From Selaginella moellendorffii (lineage: Eukaryota > Plantae > Lycopodiophyta): a stretch of 64,000 nt of DNA. Positions 50,950-63,465 of this stretch are shown here, piece by piece. Below the pieces are notes generated by a model. It was not told the DNA's origin, made no database searches, and was given only the letters and a program-made list of their open reading frames with translations. How positions within the stretch are numbered: position 1 is the stretch's first letter; the number at the start of each line of letters is the position of its first letter. The translations under genes and the position numbers were made by a program. The stretch lies in the NCBI RefSeq assembly GCF_000143415.4, contig NW_003314281.1:1651882-1715881 (forward strand). Reading direction: 5' to 3'.

Positions 50950-53900
50950 TTACCTCCTTGAGGTTAAAGACAACTGACGAAGTCCTCTAAGCCGGCGTTT
51001 GAAGAAATGATGTTCTTCAATAGCAAACACCGACCTACCAGAGTCACGTGCTGCCTCCACCATAGAACCGCTACCTGCTGTGCAATCAATCACAACACCA
51101 TCTAGTGGGCAATAGAGCTCAAGCAAGACTTGCATTGCTGATGGAGTTCGGAATCGGTACCCTAGAAACGTGTTGTGGATCTGCTCATCCACAAGGTTGG
51201 GTATGATGTTAGTGGAACTGTCGTACCCAGGCAAAACACATGCTACACATTTGCTATCACAAAACCCATCATGTGTGTTTCTGTAGAAGGCATGATAGGT
51301 CCATATCATAACCTGGAAAATAAAAATGTTTAGAAATTAGATAAAAATATAAAATACATACTCACCTTTTTAGGCTTCCCTTGGACACCCCTCGTATCAA
51401 CGCCAATAGGATCCATGATGCACCCAGAAGAGAATGACTTGAAATGAACTTCTGCTACGCACATCATAAGCTCATACATCCAGTTGGGGTCGTTTGGTAG
51501 GATGAAAATGACATGGCCAACTTCGAGCATAAGTGCTTCGGACAATAGGAATGCATCGCGCACGTGGTCAGGTGTGAGAAAATTCCAATCCTCAACTTTC
51601 CCATCGATATCTGAAAGACCACCTGGAAAGTCAAAGAGAATGAAGTCTGCAACTGGGAGCAAGGGCCTTTGTATCTTTCAGCACCAACGGTTGAACTAGC
51701 GCCGTATATCCATGTTGATGTCGTCTTCTGTGAAAGATGTCAATAATCTACTGTAAGAGCCAATGAAGATACCTACAATGCTTCGTTGTGTTATTGGGGA
51801 TATAAGATAGACCTATAAAAGAGCTAAGTGATTGAAAAAAGTAATAAATAGTATGCTACCATCATATGGCATGTTGTCGATGAGAGTTCCTCCAACTCTT
51901 CACGAGCATTTTGTCGAGTTGGAATGAAATTACTACTAACAATCATTGCTGCAAAAAACATGTATTACCACCTTTAGTTTGTAAAATTCACTTTTTCTTA
52001 CCTCAAGGTTAACGTGATATTCTGTGAACCACTTGATCATCGTTATTTACTGGTAGAACCTAATCCAGATCTTGGTTGTTTCATGGTTGAATTGGAGCCT
52101 GTTCTTGGCTGTCTAGTGGTAGAACATGAACTTAATCTGGAACTTCCTCATCCTCGTCTCCATCGTCACTTGCATTGCCATCGTTGCTAGCATTGACAAC
52201 TTCCTCACGATCTAGTGTAGAGGTCTCCTTCCCTAGGAGCTCCAACTCCCAAGGGCATTCTATCTTCCATGCCTTTGGAACTCTCGTAAACATTGTTGGG
52301 TACATTCTTCCATCCTTTACACCCTTTGCAACAAGTTGAGTGCAAACTGGTGCCTCAAATAGCATGCCTCTATATCAAAGATACCTGTAAACAATATATA
52401 TTAAAAAACAATCTAAGAAATCATATTATACCTGTAAACTGCACGTCACATGAAATAAGGTTGACCATGTTGGCAATCATAAGTTGTTGTGCTTGTAAAC
52501 TTCTTTGGTAGCCACCCCTCTTCGATCCCTTCCAATGACGTGTTGATGTAGGTGTCGAAAGACATGAATGTGCCATCTGGATCGTCACCAATGTGTGGTG
52601 CCAAGAACTTCTCACCTTCACTTATAGTTTGTATGATGTAGACAGCCTTTCTCATCATGTTCTCAAATAGTTCTGGCAGTCCTTTCTCTCTGTTCATCAA
52701 GCAAACATTGAGGAACTCTAGAGTCTTTATCTATTGCTTATATGGAAGCTTCGATTTTGCGATATTGTAAATCATGTTATCTAGAGTTTTATTCACTGCA
52801 AAAGTAACATATGCATAATTGAGAAAAATGAAGTGAGATAAGAAACTTACATTCATGAGAAGAAATTTCAGCTATAGTCTCTAGCCACTCCTTCGGCCTG
52901 CAATTGTCTGCTATGTATACTAGTTTCTTCAACTTTGAGGACTTTGCATGCTGAATTTTGTGCTCAATTTGAACGAACTCAACTGAGAGTTCTTCCCGAC
53001 TCTTCTCTCAATATACAAGTTCGTAAGCATCTTGCTTAACCTTCACCAAAGGCTAAAAACCAAAAAAATTAAAAGAGGCTTTTATAAAATAAAAGGGAAA
53101 CGCATACCTTACACCACACAGCGAGCATAAAACTAATTGGGTTGTTGAACCAAGCTGTATTGTCATTTCGAGTGCGTGAGTGTCGAACAAGTGTTGTGAG
53201 ATCATCACCATAGTGTTGGCGGATGTCATCCTCACTCAAGTCTACCAAAAATCGAAGGTGCTCAATATCATGGGCAAAGTTTTGTTTTTGAACAGCAAAT
53301 TGCCCAAGCCTACATTTAAACACAATAAAACAAGTTAAAGTGGAGTTAGAGGTAAACTATAAAACTTACACATTGATCTTTTGGCAGGCCAAGATAAGTC
53401 TGTTGACATCCAAAGGTCCCCTCGCGTAGACATGGCCGACTAGAAGGTTGATATGGTAGACGGGATCATCGTGAAAATGATCGTCGATACACTTCATTCA
53501 AGCTCCATATCGGTGGTTACTGTCAATAATTTGGAACATTGTCCCCGCAAACTGTCGAGTCTCAGGATGTTTGATAAGCATGTCATCAAATTCTAGGGAC
53601 TTCCTCCTCTAAATAGGATCCCAGCTATTCACAATCTCGAGTGTGACAGTAATGATCTCCGTTGTTCCTAGCTTGCAAAAAGAGACTAGAAACATACCGA
53701 TGTTTGTTGCAAGGCCATTTTGTTTGAACAAGCTATATATATCCGGGTTGACATACTTGGATGCTGTGCGGACAAGGTTCGTCTGCTGCAAACGGCAAAG
53801 TGGGATTTCTCTGATCAAGTCACAAAGGCCTGGCCACTTGAGCACCTCAAGTGTTTGGTGAATTGCTTTTTCCCTTGTCCACATAATAGTCTCTTGGAAG

Positions 53901-54686
53901 CGCTTGTCCACCACGTTGTCAGAAAGGTCTGCAACTCTTTCAACTCCAGGCTGTTCCTCAAATTCCCTATCCTGAACACCACTAGATTGCCCAACTTCAA
54001 GGATTTGCATTGGTGGTGGGCTAGTGAGGAGTAAAGTTGGAGGTGGTAGTGGTGATGGTGGGGGTGGTGGTGGTGGCAGTGGCGGCGGGGGCAGAGGCAA
54101 TAGTGGTAGTGGTGGTGGCAATGGTGGTGGTGGCAGTGGTGATGGCGGTGGTGGAGGTGGTGATGGAGGTGGTGGAGGTGGTGATGGTGGTGGTGGAGGT
54201 GGTGATGGCAGAGGTGATGGTGGTGGAGGCGGTGAATCTCTAACTAAATGTGTCTCTGTTGTGCCAATGGACATGTCTATCGTGATGTCGTCGTTAATGC
54301 TGAATTGAACTTCTTGTGTTTTCTTGGCTCCAACAACCTTTTTATGTGTTACAATTTTCCTTTTCTGCAAGAGAAAAAATTTTGTTAGTAAAACTAAATA
54401 AAGATAATAAGAAATTCAAATAGTCAAAAAGAAAAAAAATCAAGTGGGCCTAGACTCTACCTCGGGCCCGAGCTCGACCTCGGGCAGTTTGGCCACCTGA
54501 GGGGCCAAGGTTATTTGAATAACCCCGGCCCCTCAGTGAGCAAAACTGCCCAAGGTGGCCGGCCCAAGCTTGACCTTGGCCAGCAAAGAAGCAATCAAGA
54601 AAAAAAAAGGAAAGCAATGAAATGGAAGCAATAGAATCAAAAATGAAAGTGGAAGCAATCAAATCGAAACTCACCCTTGGTGGCAT
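50950..54686 (-). pseudogene. ParB/Srx-like domain + beta-class amino-methyltransferase-like fusion gene, copy 1 (multi-exon, premature stops)
   Basis: MPPR|KRKIV start, Pro-rich linker, MFQIIDSNHRYGA*, ADFILFDFPGG (motif IV-like), RTPSAMQVLLELYCPLDGVVIDCTAGSGSMVEAARDSGRSVFAIE (motif I/II region); GT-AG introns. Confidence 0.72.
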
Positions 54687-54726
54687 CTTTCCTCCCTTGA
54701 TTTCTTGATTGTGCTGGATTTCTTAT

Positions 54727-55062
54727 GTGCTCAATCTCTCCCGCTCGCGCACTCAATTTCTCCCGCTCGCACACTCAATTTCTCCCACTCGCGCACTCAA
54801 TCTCTCCTGCTCGCGTGCTAAATCTCTCCGGCTCACACGCTCAAACTCTCCCACTCACGTGCTCAATCTCTCCTGCTCGCATGCTCAATCTCTCCCGCTC
54901 ACGCGCTTAAACTCTCCCACTCGCGTGCTCAATCTCTCCCGCTCATGCGCTCAATCTCTTGATCTCAATCTCTCGATCTCTTGTGCACTCAATCGTTTGA
55001 TCTCCTTTGTGCTCAATCTCTTGATCTCCTTCGCACTCAATCTCTCGATCTCTCATGCGCTC
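54727..55062. repeat. 22-bp minisatellite (GTGCTCAATCTCTCCCGCTCGC), ~10 units plus a degenerate tail
   Basis: Directly visible, starting 40 bp upstream of the copy-1 ATG. Confidence 0.9.
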
Positions 55063-56223
55063 CACTCACAGTGCGAACCGTAGCCTAATCTTGGTGGCTA
55101 CTCTAACCCTAATCCTGACGGCTGCCCTAACCCTAACCAATCTCTAATCCTGGCCATTCATTCTGAATAACCTAAATCTCAACCATCACAATATTTGTGA
55201 TCTTATTTTGTCTTATCATTATTATTATATGTAAATTATGCTTCTTTATTTTGTATATTTTAATGATGGTATAAATAGCACCTATCAACATTTTTGTTAT
55301 TAGAGATATGATATTATATTTTACAAATTATTTAGAAAGGATGCATTCTCATCAATATTTTGTACATATTTTTGAATCGTTACAAGAACTTTAAAGAGTA
55401 TAAATAAGGCACGTTAAAATGTATTGTACTATATCCATCTATGAATGGATGAATCCTCATCCAGAAATTTATTTTGTGTTGTATTAGATCCTAAACAATA
55501 GGCACGTGCTTTAAATGTCATTGAGCAGTGTTCACAATTATGGATAAAACTTGAGTTGTACTACGAATCAAATCTGTCACTGAAGAATAAGATTTGACAA
55601 GATTTATTATCATCTACCACTTAAAATTTGACAACTTGACATATCACACGTGCTGAGAGTTAGTTTGGATCTCTTGGTTTGACACGTTATAGCAGAATGT
55701 CATTACTAGTATCATTATTAACTATCAAACTTCATGTGCTGAAAATCTTTCCTTGGATCTATGTGTATACATGCATCAGACATCATAATAGATGACAATA
55801 ATATTAATACTATCACACTTACACATGTTAAATTTGCTATAGAATTTAAATTTATTTTGTATGTTGTCTTCTTATTACTCTATTTAAATTTTAATTATAT
55901 TTCACTATAGATTTTTACAAGTAGCATAAAGAGAGAGAATTCCAAAACCTATTGAGAAGGATGGAGAGGTTTTTTCTTCATTTTTGAGATCACCCACCTC
56001 TTTCATTCTCTCAGAGTATTGTTTCTGAAAGTTTTTTATGTCGGCGTTTTGATCTTTGTCTTAGCTCTATTTCTTTAGAGGCTGTGATCCGCAACGACAC
56101 CGGTATAGTTGCATACTNNNNNNNNNNNNNNNNNNNNNNNNNNNNNNNNNNNNNNNNNNNNNNNNNNNNNNNNNNNNNNNNNNNNNNNNNNNNNNNNNNN
56201 NNNNNNNNNNNNNNNNNAACCAT

Positions 56224-56754
56224 ATGAAGCGGCTTGAAGACACTATAGTGACTAAACCTGATGTAGTACTTAAAGAATGGCCGGTTGCTAATGGGGTCAC
56301 GCTCACCTCGGATGAGATTGAAAACCTTGAGAAATCTGGTTTTAATCTTGAGAGGAGAGTTGGAGACATAAGTGACAGGAGTAAAACTATTTCTACAGAG
56401 ATGCACAGGAGGCCAGCACGAAAAGGTAAGGCAATTAAATTTATTGGTACCGTCTCTAAGTAGAAGCAAGGTAAAATAAACTTGGCTCAAACATTTGAGT
56501 GTGAGATTCTCTCCATAAAGTACATCACTATGCTTGCAAAGGAGTACATAGTCAAAACAGAAGTTGGAGAGTACACAATTGCCATTCACGACTTTCCTTT
56601 TTGCACATGTCTAAACTTTACAAAACGGGAGGAACATGGGAAGGCATATGCTCCTTGCAAGCATATGTACTACATCTTTATCAACATCTTGCACCAGGAT
56701 CTTAAAGTGGATATTCATATACACCAAGCAAGCCTTATTATTGCTGAGTTGTAG
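56224..56754 (+). pseudogene. SWIM zinc-finger protein fragment (MULE-like or other transposon-associated); one in-frame stop; 5' part lies in an assembly gap
   Basis: YTIAIHDFPFCTCLNF...PCKHMYYIF = CxC-xn-CxH. Confidence 0.75.
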
Positions 56755-56866
56755 AAAACTTTTGGAGCTAATTAGATTTCTCCAACACTATCGATGTTTA
56801 TTCTCTATCAATAAAACTTATTATACTTTATATAATTAATACAAATGTGCTTTTTCATTTCACTTT

Positions 56867-57151
56867 TCATTTTATATGCTTCCGAGTGTTCTTCTCGCAA
56901 TACTGCCCATAGTACTCGTGTGTCTCCATTTCTATCTTTACCATCTCAAAAAAGATTTTATGGTAGTCTTTCGGGTACGTGATGTTGCAGTGTGTCGCAA
57001 GAGCATATATACCATCATACTGATCATTGCCATTGTTTCCACTAAACGCTAGAAAACATATAGGGCACTTCTTGAAAGTGGCAGAATTACACTTTTCTAA
57101 AACAAGTAAAAGGGCATTCTTTTTCACCCAATTTATTGCACCCTCTGTCAT
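56867..57151 (-). CDS. Hypothetical 94-aa Cys/His-containing protein
   Basis: ATG-initiated ORF in AT-rich DNA with CPIC...HC...H; no family recognised. Confidence 0.3.
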   Translation of the reverse strand: MTEGAINWVKKNALLLVLEKCNSATFKKCPICFLAFSGNNGNDQYDGIYALATHCNITYPKDYHKIFFEMVKIEMETHEYYGQYCEKNTRKHIK

Positions 57152-58339
57152 TGTATTTATCTCTAACTCATGATCACTATCCTTAATATCCTCTCTTTCA
57201 TTCTCTTGTGTGATTTGGTTATGCTGTGCAATGGGATAGTTATTGCATCTCCTAGCCCTTGAACCCTAGGAAGAAAGATTGTGAGAGTTAAAATTACCAA
57301 CACTAGAACCTATAGACATTTGTATGTATTTCCCTTTTTTCGAATGAGAGTGTGAATAAAGATCTATAATTTTTAGACAGTATGCTACAACAAACCCCTC
57401 AAGAATGTATTCTAAAAAGAACCAAGTCTTTCTTTTATATGCAATAAGCTTACATCAACGGTTATTTTTTTTTCCTTTCAAATAGTTATATGGCTTTACA
57501 TAGAATCTTATTTCAAATTTAATAATTTTTTAATTCTGACAAACTTGACATTTATTAGCCAGAAAATATAGAGTACAAAATTAAAGAAGTGACAAGAATA
57601 TTCTTTTTGCAAACATTTTATTTTACTAACAAATGTCCCTATCATTGCATGTAGTAAATATTTAAATTATTAGAACAAAGAGTGTTCTTTAGAACATTTT
57701 TATCTATATAATATATATAGAGTTATTAAATTATTAGGTTTGCCATAACCTTAAAATTTTAAAATTTATAATATTTGTACTAAATTACAATAGAAAATTG
57801 AGCTTAACTCGTGAGCTCAAGTATGGTCGGCACCCATTTAACTTTTTGGACTTCGCTAATTCGATGACTTGTAAGATCCTAATGTTTTAGCTATTTTTGA
57901 GGAATTGGCATTCTCATCATAAAGACAGATAATCCTAAAGGGTGAAAAGTAGCCCATAGGGAACGGAAAATAATTAAGTGTCAGAGTAACACTTGCAAAG
58001 ATGGTTTTTGAGAGTAGGACATAAATACAAGAAGATGTATTCTAGTGAACTAATACATTTTCTAAGTACACCCCCAACTCTTTGGGTTTATTTTAGCATT
58101 TATAAAAGGTAGCCTCGGCTACCATTTCAAGGACTCATGTCCTTATCTGTATTTGACATCCCACGGTCATTAATTCTGGTCTCAAATTCATGAGCACCAG
58201 CCTCAACTATATAAGGATAATCTTGTGACTCTTTTATTGTTTTAGAATTTCTATCTTTCCTGTGATCCCAACTATAGTTGTTTACCACAACTACATTAAC
58301 CAATTTGCTACGTCAAACGCTCATCTAGATCACATCCTT

Positions 58340-58591
58340 AACAAAAAAGAACGACTTGAAAGACGATCTATGGGGTTCAAATATAAAGGGAAAGGGCCCA
58401 TGAACAAAAGTGCACCCCCTTTTCCAATCGGTTAAGGGTCTTGGGATATTTAGGGTTAAGCGTCCTTGGGTTTGAATAGTACTAGGCTTTTACCGATTTG
58501 AAAAGGGGGTGGACTTTTGTTTATAGGCCCTTTCCCTCTATATTTGAACCCCATGAATTGTCTCTCAAGTCATTCTCTTTAGTTGCTTACA
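58340..58591. repeat. Fold-back of two partial 5S-LTR copies in inverted orientation
   Basis: 58340-58486 is a forward LTR fragment ending at TAGTACTAGG; 58491-58591 is the reverse complement of the LTR 5' half. Confidence 0.85.
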
Positions 58592-58669
58592 ATTGCCAAC
58601 ATATTCACTTATGAACTAAAATGGAGAGTTATGCCCTTTTGACATGCTACTCCTAGCCTTCTTGGGTTA

Positions 58670-59294
58670 CACTAGCCCTTCTTGGCCAAACTAGCTCCAT
58701 TGGGGTCTAACCCCCACACTCTCTCTATTATACTTTTGGAACCCTTTACAACCCCCTCTAGAGGACGATCGCTTTGGGCTTTCACCCAATAGCCTATATT
58801 AGTATTCGGATAACTTGGTCTAAGTCTTGGACTTGGATTCGGTCTCAGTTTTGGTCTTGGTCTCGGTCTTGGTCTTGGTTCCATCTCGGACTCCATCTCG
58901 GGTCCATCTCAGACTCCATCTTAGGTTCCATCTCGGGTCCATCTTAGACTCTATCTCGAGTTTATCTCGGACTCCATCTCGAGTCCATCTTAGACACCAT
59001 CTTGAACTCCATCTCAAGTCCATCTCAGACTCCATTTCGGACTCTATCTTAGTCCATTTTGACACTTCCATGTGTCATGTGTTGGTCCTCTTATATCCCT
59101 TTTCTAAAGACTCACTTATTGCTCGCTTCAAGCTTATTCCTTGAGCCCTTCATTAGGAGTTCCACTCCCGCTCTTGATTTTTCAAGTTGGAGCTTTTAGT
59201 CTAAACATGTTATACTCATTTGGCTTTTGCTTCAGCCATTACCATGTAGCATTCTTTCAACTCCACTTTGGGGCTTAGGGATTTGTGTCTCATA
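58670..59294 (-). mobile_element. Long-LTR fragment (same family as 49436-50430), abutting a + strand fragment of the 41627-type LTR at ~59295-59510
   Basis: Colinear with 33290-33970; contains the hexamer array. Confidence 0.75.
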
Positions 59295-59944
59295 AAAGGA
59301 TCCTGAAATCATGACTAGAATGATAAATTATTCATCAAATGAGACTGAGTTCAAAATCTAGTCCAAGATGGAGTTCGAAACCGAGTTCAAGATTGACTCC
59401 AAGACTAAGTTTATTAAGAACTAGTCTTAAAGGAACTCTCCATTAGTACTTCAAAACCGACTTAGAGTTAGGGTTGGTGGTTAGGGGCTTTAGATGGGAG
59501 TGAGCAGCAATTGGGTAGTTTTTGAGCTGAGCTCAAGTGAATGAAAGTCAATATAGTCCACCAAATACAAAAGTTGATGTTTAAATGATTGGTTCGGGAT
59601 GAACCAACAATTCTATTCAAAACTTAAGACATATTTTCAGTCCAAGAAAAAGCTAAATAATATAAGTCTAATAAAAAAATAAATATCATAAGTCAAAGAA
59701 GAAACTCTATATTACCACTAAAAAATTTGACTAAAAAAGAAACTAAACTTAGTCTTTCTCAGCATCCACATCCACAAAAGAAGGAGTTTGTATGGTATTA
59801 TGCTCGCTAACTATGGGCTCTTGTTGTATATGAGCTTGTGCCATTGCTTTTACATAACATGGCAAATTATAACCCACATCATCGATCCACCTAACATACA
59901 CAACCATGATGGAATTACCATAATGAGTAATTTATACTTTATTA

Positions 59945-62900
59945 TCATCTATTATGAAATGTCCCAAGAACACCTTCAAATGCACTCTCCTTCTCTAGTG
60001 CAAAAACTGCATGCCTAGTCTCTTTAGCCACTAGCACCATCGAACCAAAACGTACTGTAGCATCAAACACAATCCCCTTAGGAGGACAAAACAACTCTAG
60101 AAGGATTTGCATGGCCTTTGGTGAACAGTGTCGATAGCCAAGGAACTCTACATGATGGTCCTTGTCAATGACATTCAGGATGATATTTGTTGAGTTATTA
60201 TATCCTGGCAATGCTAAACCTGCACGCTCATCAGCTCATGTAATACTGTGACGGCAAGAGTAGCGGCAGAGAGTATGGTAGTTCCATGCTAAAACCTACA
60301 ATGAAAAGAGGCAATCAATTTAAGATATGAAAAATAAAGAAATGCAAACTTTTTGGATTCAACCACCTGCTCCTTTTGTTTCAACTGGGATGTTTGAGAG
60401 GAGGTAGCCTAATGCAAACTCAACCAATCTAGAGTCATCATTCTCCACCATCGTTGCAAGAAGACCTCCCCAAAATAAAGAACAGGGAAGAATGACACAC
60501 CTTGGATGCCACATCCATCGCTTGAGAAATATGGTCCAGTCAAAGGATGTTCTAGGATGGAGTGTCACCTTGTAAAGGTGGTAACCCATCAGGCAGGTCG
60601 AAGAATGTGAGGTCGATGCCAAAAGTATTGTTCATTCCCAATCCTCACATCCATCGATGGAACATAGAAGACTCTCGGCTCACGTTGTTGGAAAGCTAAA
60701 AGTAGTCCCCAATAACTATTTCCAGAGTGCCAACACTTCCTGTAGGAGAAAGAGGGTGAACCTAAATAGTGTTCAAAACTGGGAAATATTAAAGTTAATA
60801 CATGTTTTTTTTCATACCTGTTTATGTGAAGCTAATGAAGATAACTTTTGGAGGTCATCCTCTATAGCAGTGGGGAGGGATGGAAAGAATGCATTTGTAC
60901 GTTGATGTATAGAGTGCTGGCTGGTTTCTCTGACATCTACAACCAAATTACAATAAGCAAGGTCATTGAAAATCAAGTTCTTACTCTCTTGGATGTCCTC
61001 ACTATGGAGCTGCCTTTGTATATTTCGAGCAATCAAGGCTGGATGAGCAGCGGCAATATGATCTGGGGAATGAGCAACTGTTGTGGGATGAGAATGGGGC
61101 AGGAGAGTTTTAGCCAGGTTCTCCACTCGTTTATCTTTGGTCTACTCAATATGAATCTTGTCCCTGTCTTGAGGCATCTCCACTCCTTCCAAAAGTGCCT
61201 CTACAATAAAGTAGAAACACAAGTTACTACTAGGAAATTTTACTCATCAAACCTGAATGACACTTGAGGTAGAGATCAAGTTCAAAAGGTGATGATGGCA
61301 TTTGCCTCCACAACTCCAAATACCATGGACAAAGTTCTCTCTCCCGCACAGTGGGACAATGGAATTTTGGCTCATACATCCCAAGTTTCTTCCCACCAGT
61401 TAAGAGCTTGAGAAAAACATTTGTAGTGTACACTAGAGCACTTGGGCAATGATTTAAATACCTATAAAAGAGCCATGATTAAATAAACAAGTCAATTTCT
61501 TGTAATATACCTATATGCCATGTGGCATGCGGAAAATGGTTGGCTTGGCTGGTTCTTGAAATCCATAGAGCTTGAGCTACCATTAGGAAGCCATCCATCC
61601 CCAAGCTCTTGAAGGGAAGCTCAAACATATTTTGGAAGTGTTATGCTGGTGTGGGCACTAGTAAAGAACTTCATATCCTATACTTGAAGTAGCTCCTTAA
61701 CAACTGCAATACTCTAAGTGATATAGAGCTTCTCCTTCATCACATTCTCAAATTTGCTCTCCAACCTTTTATCATTGTTATGATGCCAAGTGTTGAGGAG
61801 CTCCAAGCAAGAGGTTTGTTCATTGAAGGAGAGCTTGCTTTTTGCGATGTTATATATCAATTCTTTAGGTGCTTTATCATTTCCTACAAGGACAAGGATT
61901 TCAAATTGGAATGAGAAAGATAAAAGGGACTCACTTACTACCATAGAGCGTATATTTGCAATGCAATCCAACCAATTTTTATCACGGTAAATATTTGCAA
62001 TCGCAAGTAGTTTCTTCACCTTTGATTTCTTCGAATTCAAAATGCACTGCTCAATTTGTTGTAGTTCAAGGTTCTTTTGCACCTCATCCGTCATTTGTGT
62101 AATCTTAAAATATGAGTTTTGATCCGCCTTGACAATTGGCTAAAAGGAAAACTTGTGAGTAGAAAACACAAGTTCATGCAAGAAAAGGATACTTTTGCCC
62201 AAACTGCAACCCAAAAACCCGTAGGCATTTGATACCAAGTAAGCAACTCTGGGCCTTTACATGCTACAAGCTTTGCTTAAACTACTTCCATAACCTCACG
62301 ACTATATAGCATTTGGATTTCCTCAAGAGAAAGCATGCCAATATATCAAAGATGCTCAATATCATGGACCAAGGCATGTGCTTGGAAAGCAAACAAATTA
62401 ATCCTATAACATAGTTGGTGAGAACAAAGGTTACTAGTAAAAGATTCTTACATGTTGATTTTGTGATATGCCAAATTGAGCCTCATAATTTGGTTTTGAT
62501 CCTGTGGCTCCACAAGTGTCACTAGAACACAAATATGTCACTCATTAGTCCTGGAACTTCTTTTGGATACACCTCCAAAACGTAAGCCACCAGTGGTTTC
62601 CATCAATAATGAAGAACATCCAACCTACAAAGGCTTGTGTCCCTTTGTGGCACGCCATCAAAGTATCAAACTCCTAAGATTTCCCTTGCCATATTTGATC
62701 CTAAGTCTACTTAATCTCGTGAGTAACCATGTCTATGCGATTTATTCTGGGGAATGATGATGACACAATAAATGATCCAGCAATATGCCTGAATCCAACC
62801 TTTGTAAAAGAGGTATAAATAGCTATATTGAGGTCGTAGGCTAAACACACCTAGTGACTCTGCTTAAGACGGCAAAGTGGAATCTCAAGATGTTGGGATC

Positions 62901-63413
62901 CTTTTTAAGCCATTTCACCTAACACTCTGCTGATAGTTTGTTCTTGAGCTTGGACAATAGTCTTGCGTACTTGCTCATTCAAGATTGTGTCAGCCTCTAG
63001 CATAGTTACCACCTTATTTCTATGACCTTTAGGAGCAGCAACATGTCTGCCATTTCCACCACCAAGATCTGCCCCACCACCTATAGCAATAGGTGCCTCA
63101 TTTCTGCCACCAAGTTCCACACCACCACCTATGGCACTACCACCAGTAGCTTCTCCTATGCTATAGCTAGCTTCTGCATTTCCACACTCTCTAGAACCAT
63201 CTGGCTCTTGCATGCTGACACTTGGATCAGGATCAACCATTACTTGGATCTGGACACCGCTGCTCCCACCATGATCTTCCTCTGAAGCAGCACTTTGAAC
63301 TTGTGAGGTGTCCCTAGTGAATCTAGCATAATGATCTATAGTTGTTTTCCTGGAGAACGGGTCCATTAAGGTTGACCGGCATGCTTCTTCTATTGTGGCA
63401 TGATTTATATATC
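59945..63413 (-). pseudogene. ParB/Srx-like + amino-methyltransferase-like fusion gene, copy 2 (diverged, more decayed; first exon not located)
   Basis: MFFIIDGNHW (~62590-62620), IDLTFFDLPDGL (~60582-60617), SPKAMQILLELFCPPKGIVFDATVRFGSMVLVAKETRHAVFALE; same domain order as copy 1. Confidence 0.68.
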
Positions 63414-63465
63414 TGTATGAAAATGACAAATAAACTTGAGTAAATATTAAAAAAACCACAAAGTA

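Larger units (their letters stand above)
38471..56217. other. Three assembly gaps: 38471-38570, 40749-41073, 56118-56217
   Basis: Runs of N. Confidence 1.

Noticed and set aside
54024-54308. Gly-rich ORF on the + strand
   Set aside because: Antisense of the Pro-rich linker in the ParB-MTase gene
44234-57837. Possible TIR pair (TGGGG..CCA..TTGAG..GAGCTCAA) bounding a 13.6-kb DNA transposon
   Set aside because: Similarity is weak and gapped, and no TSD was found
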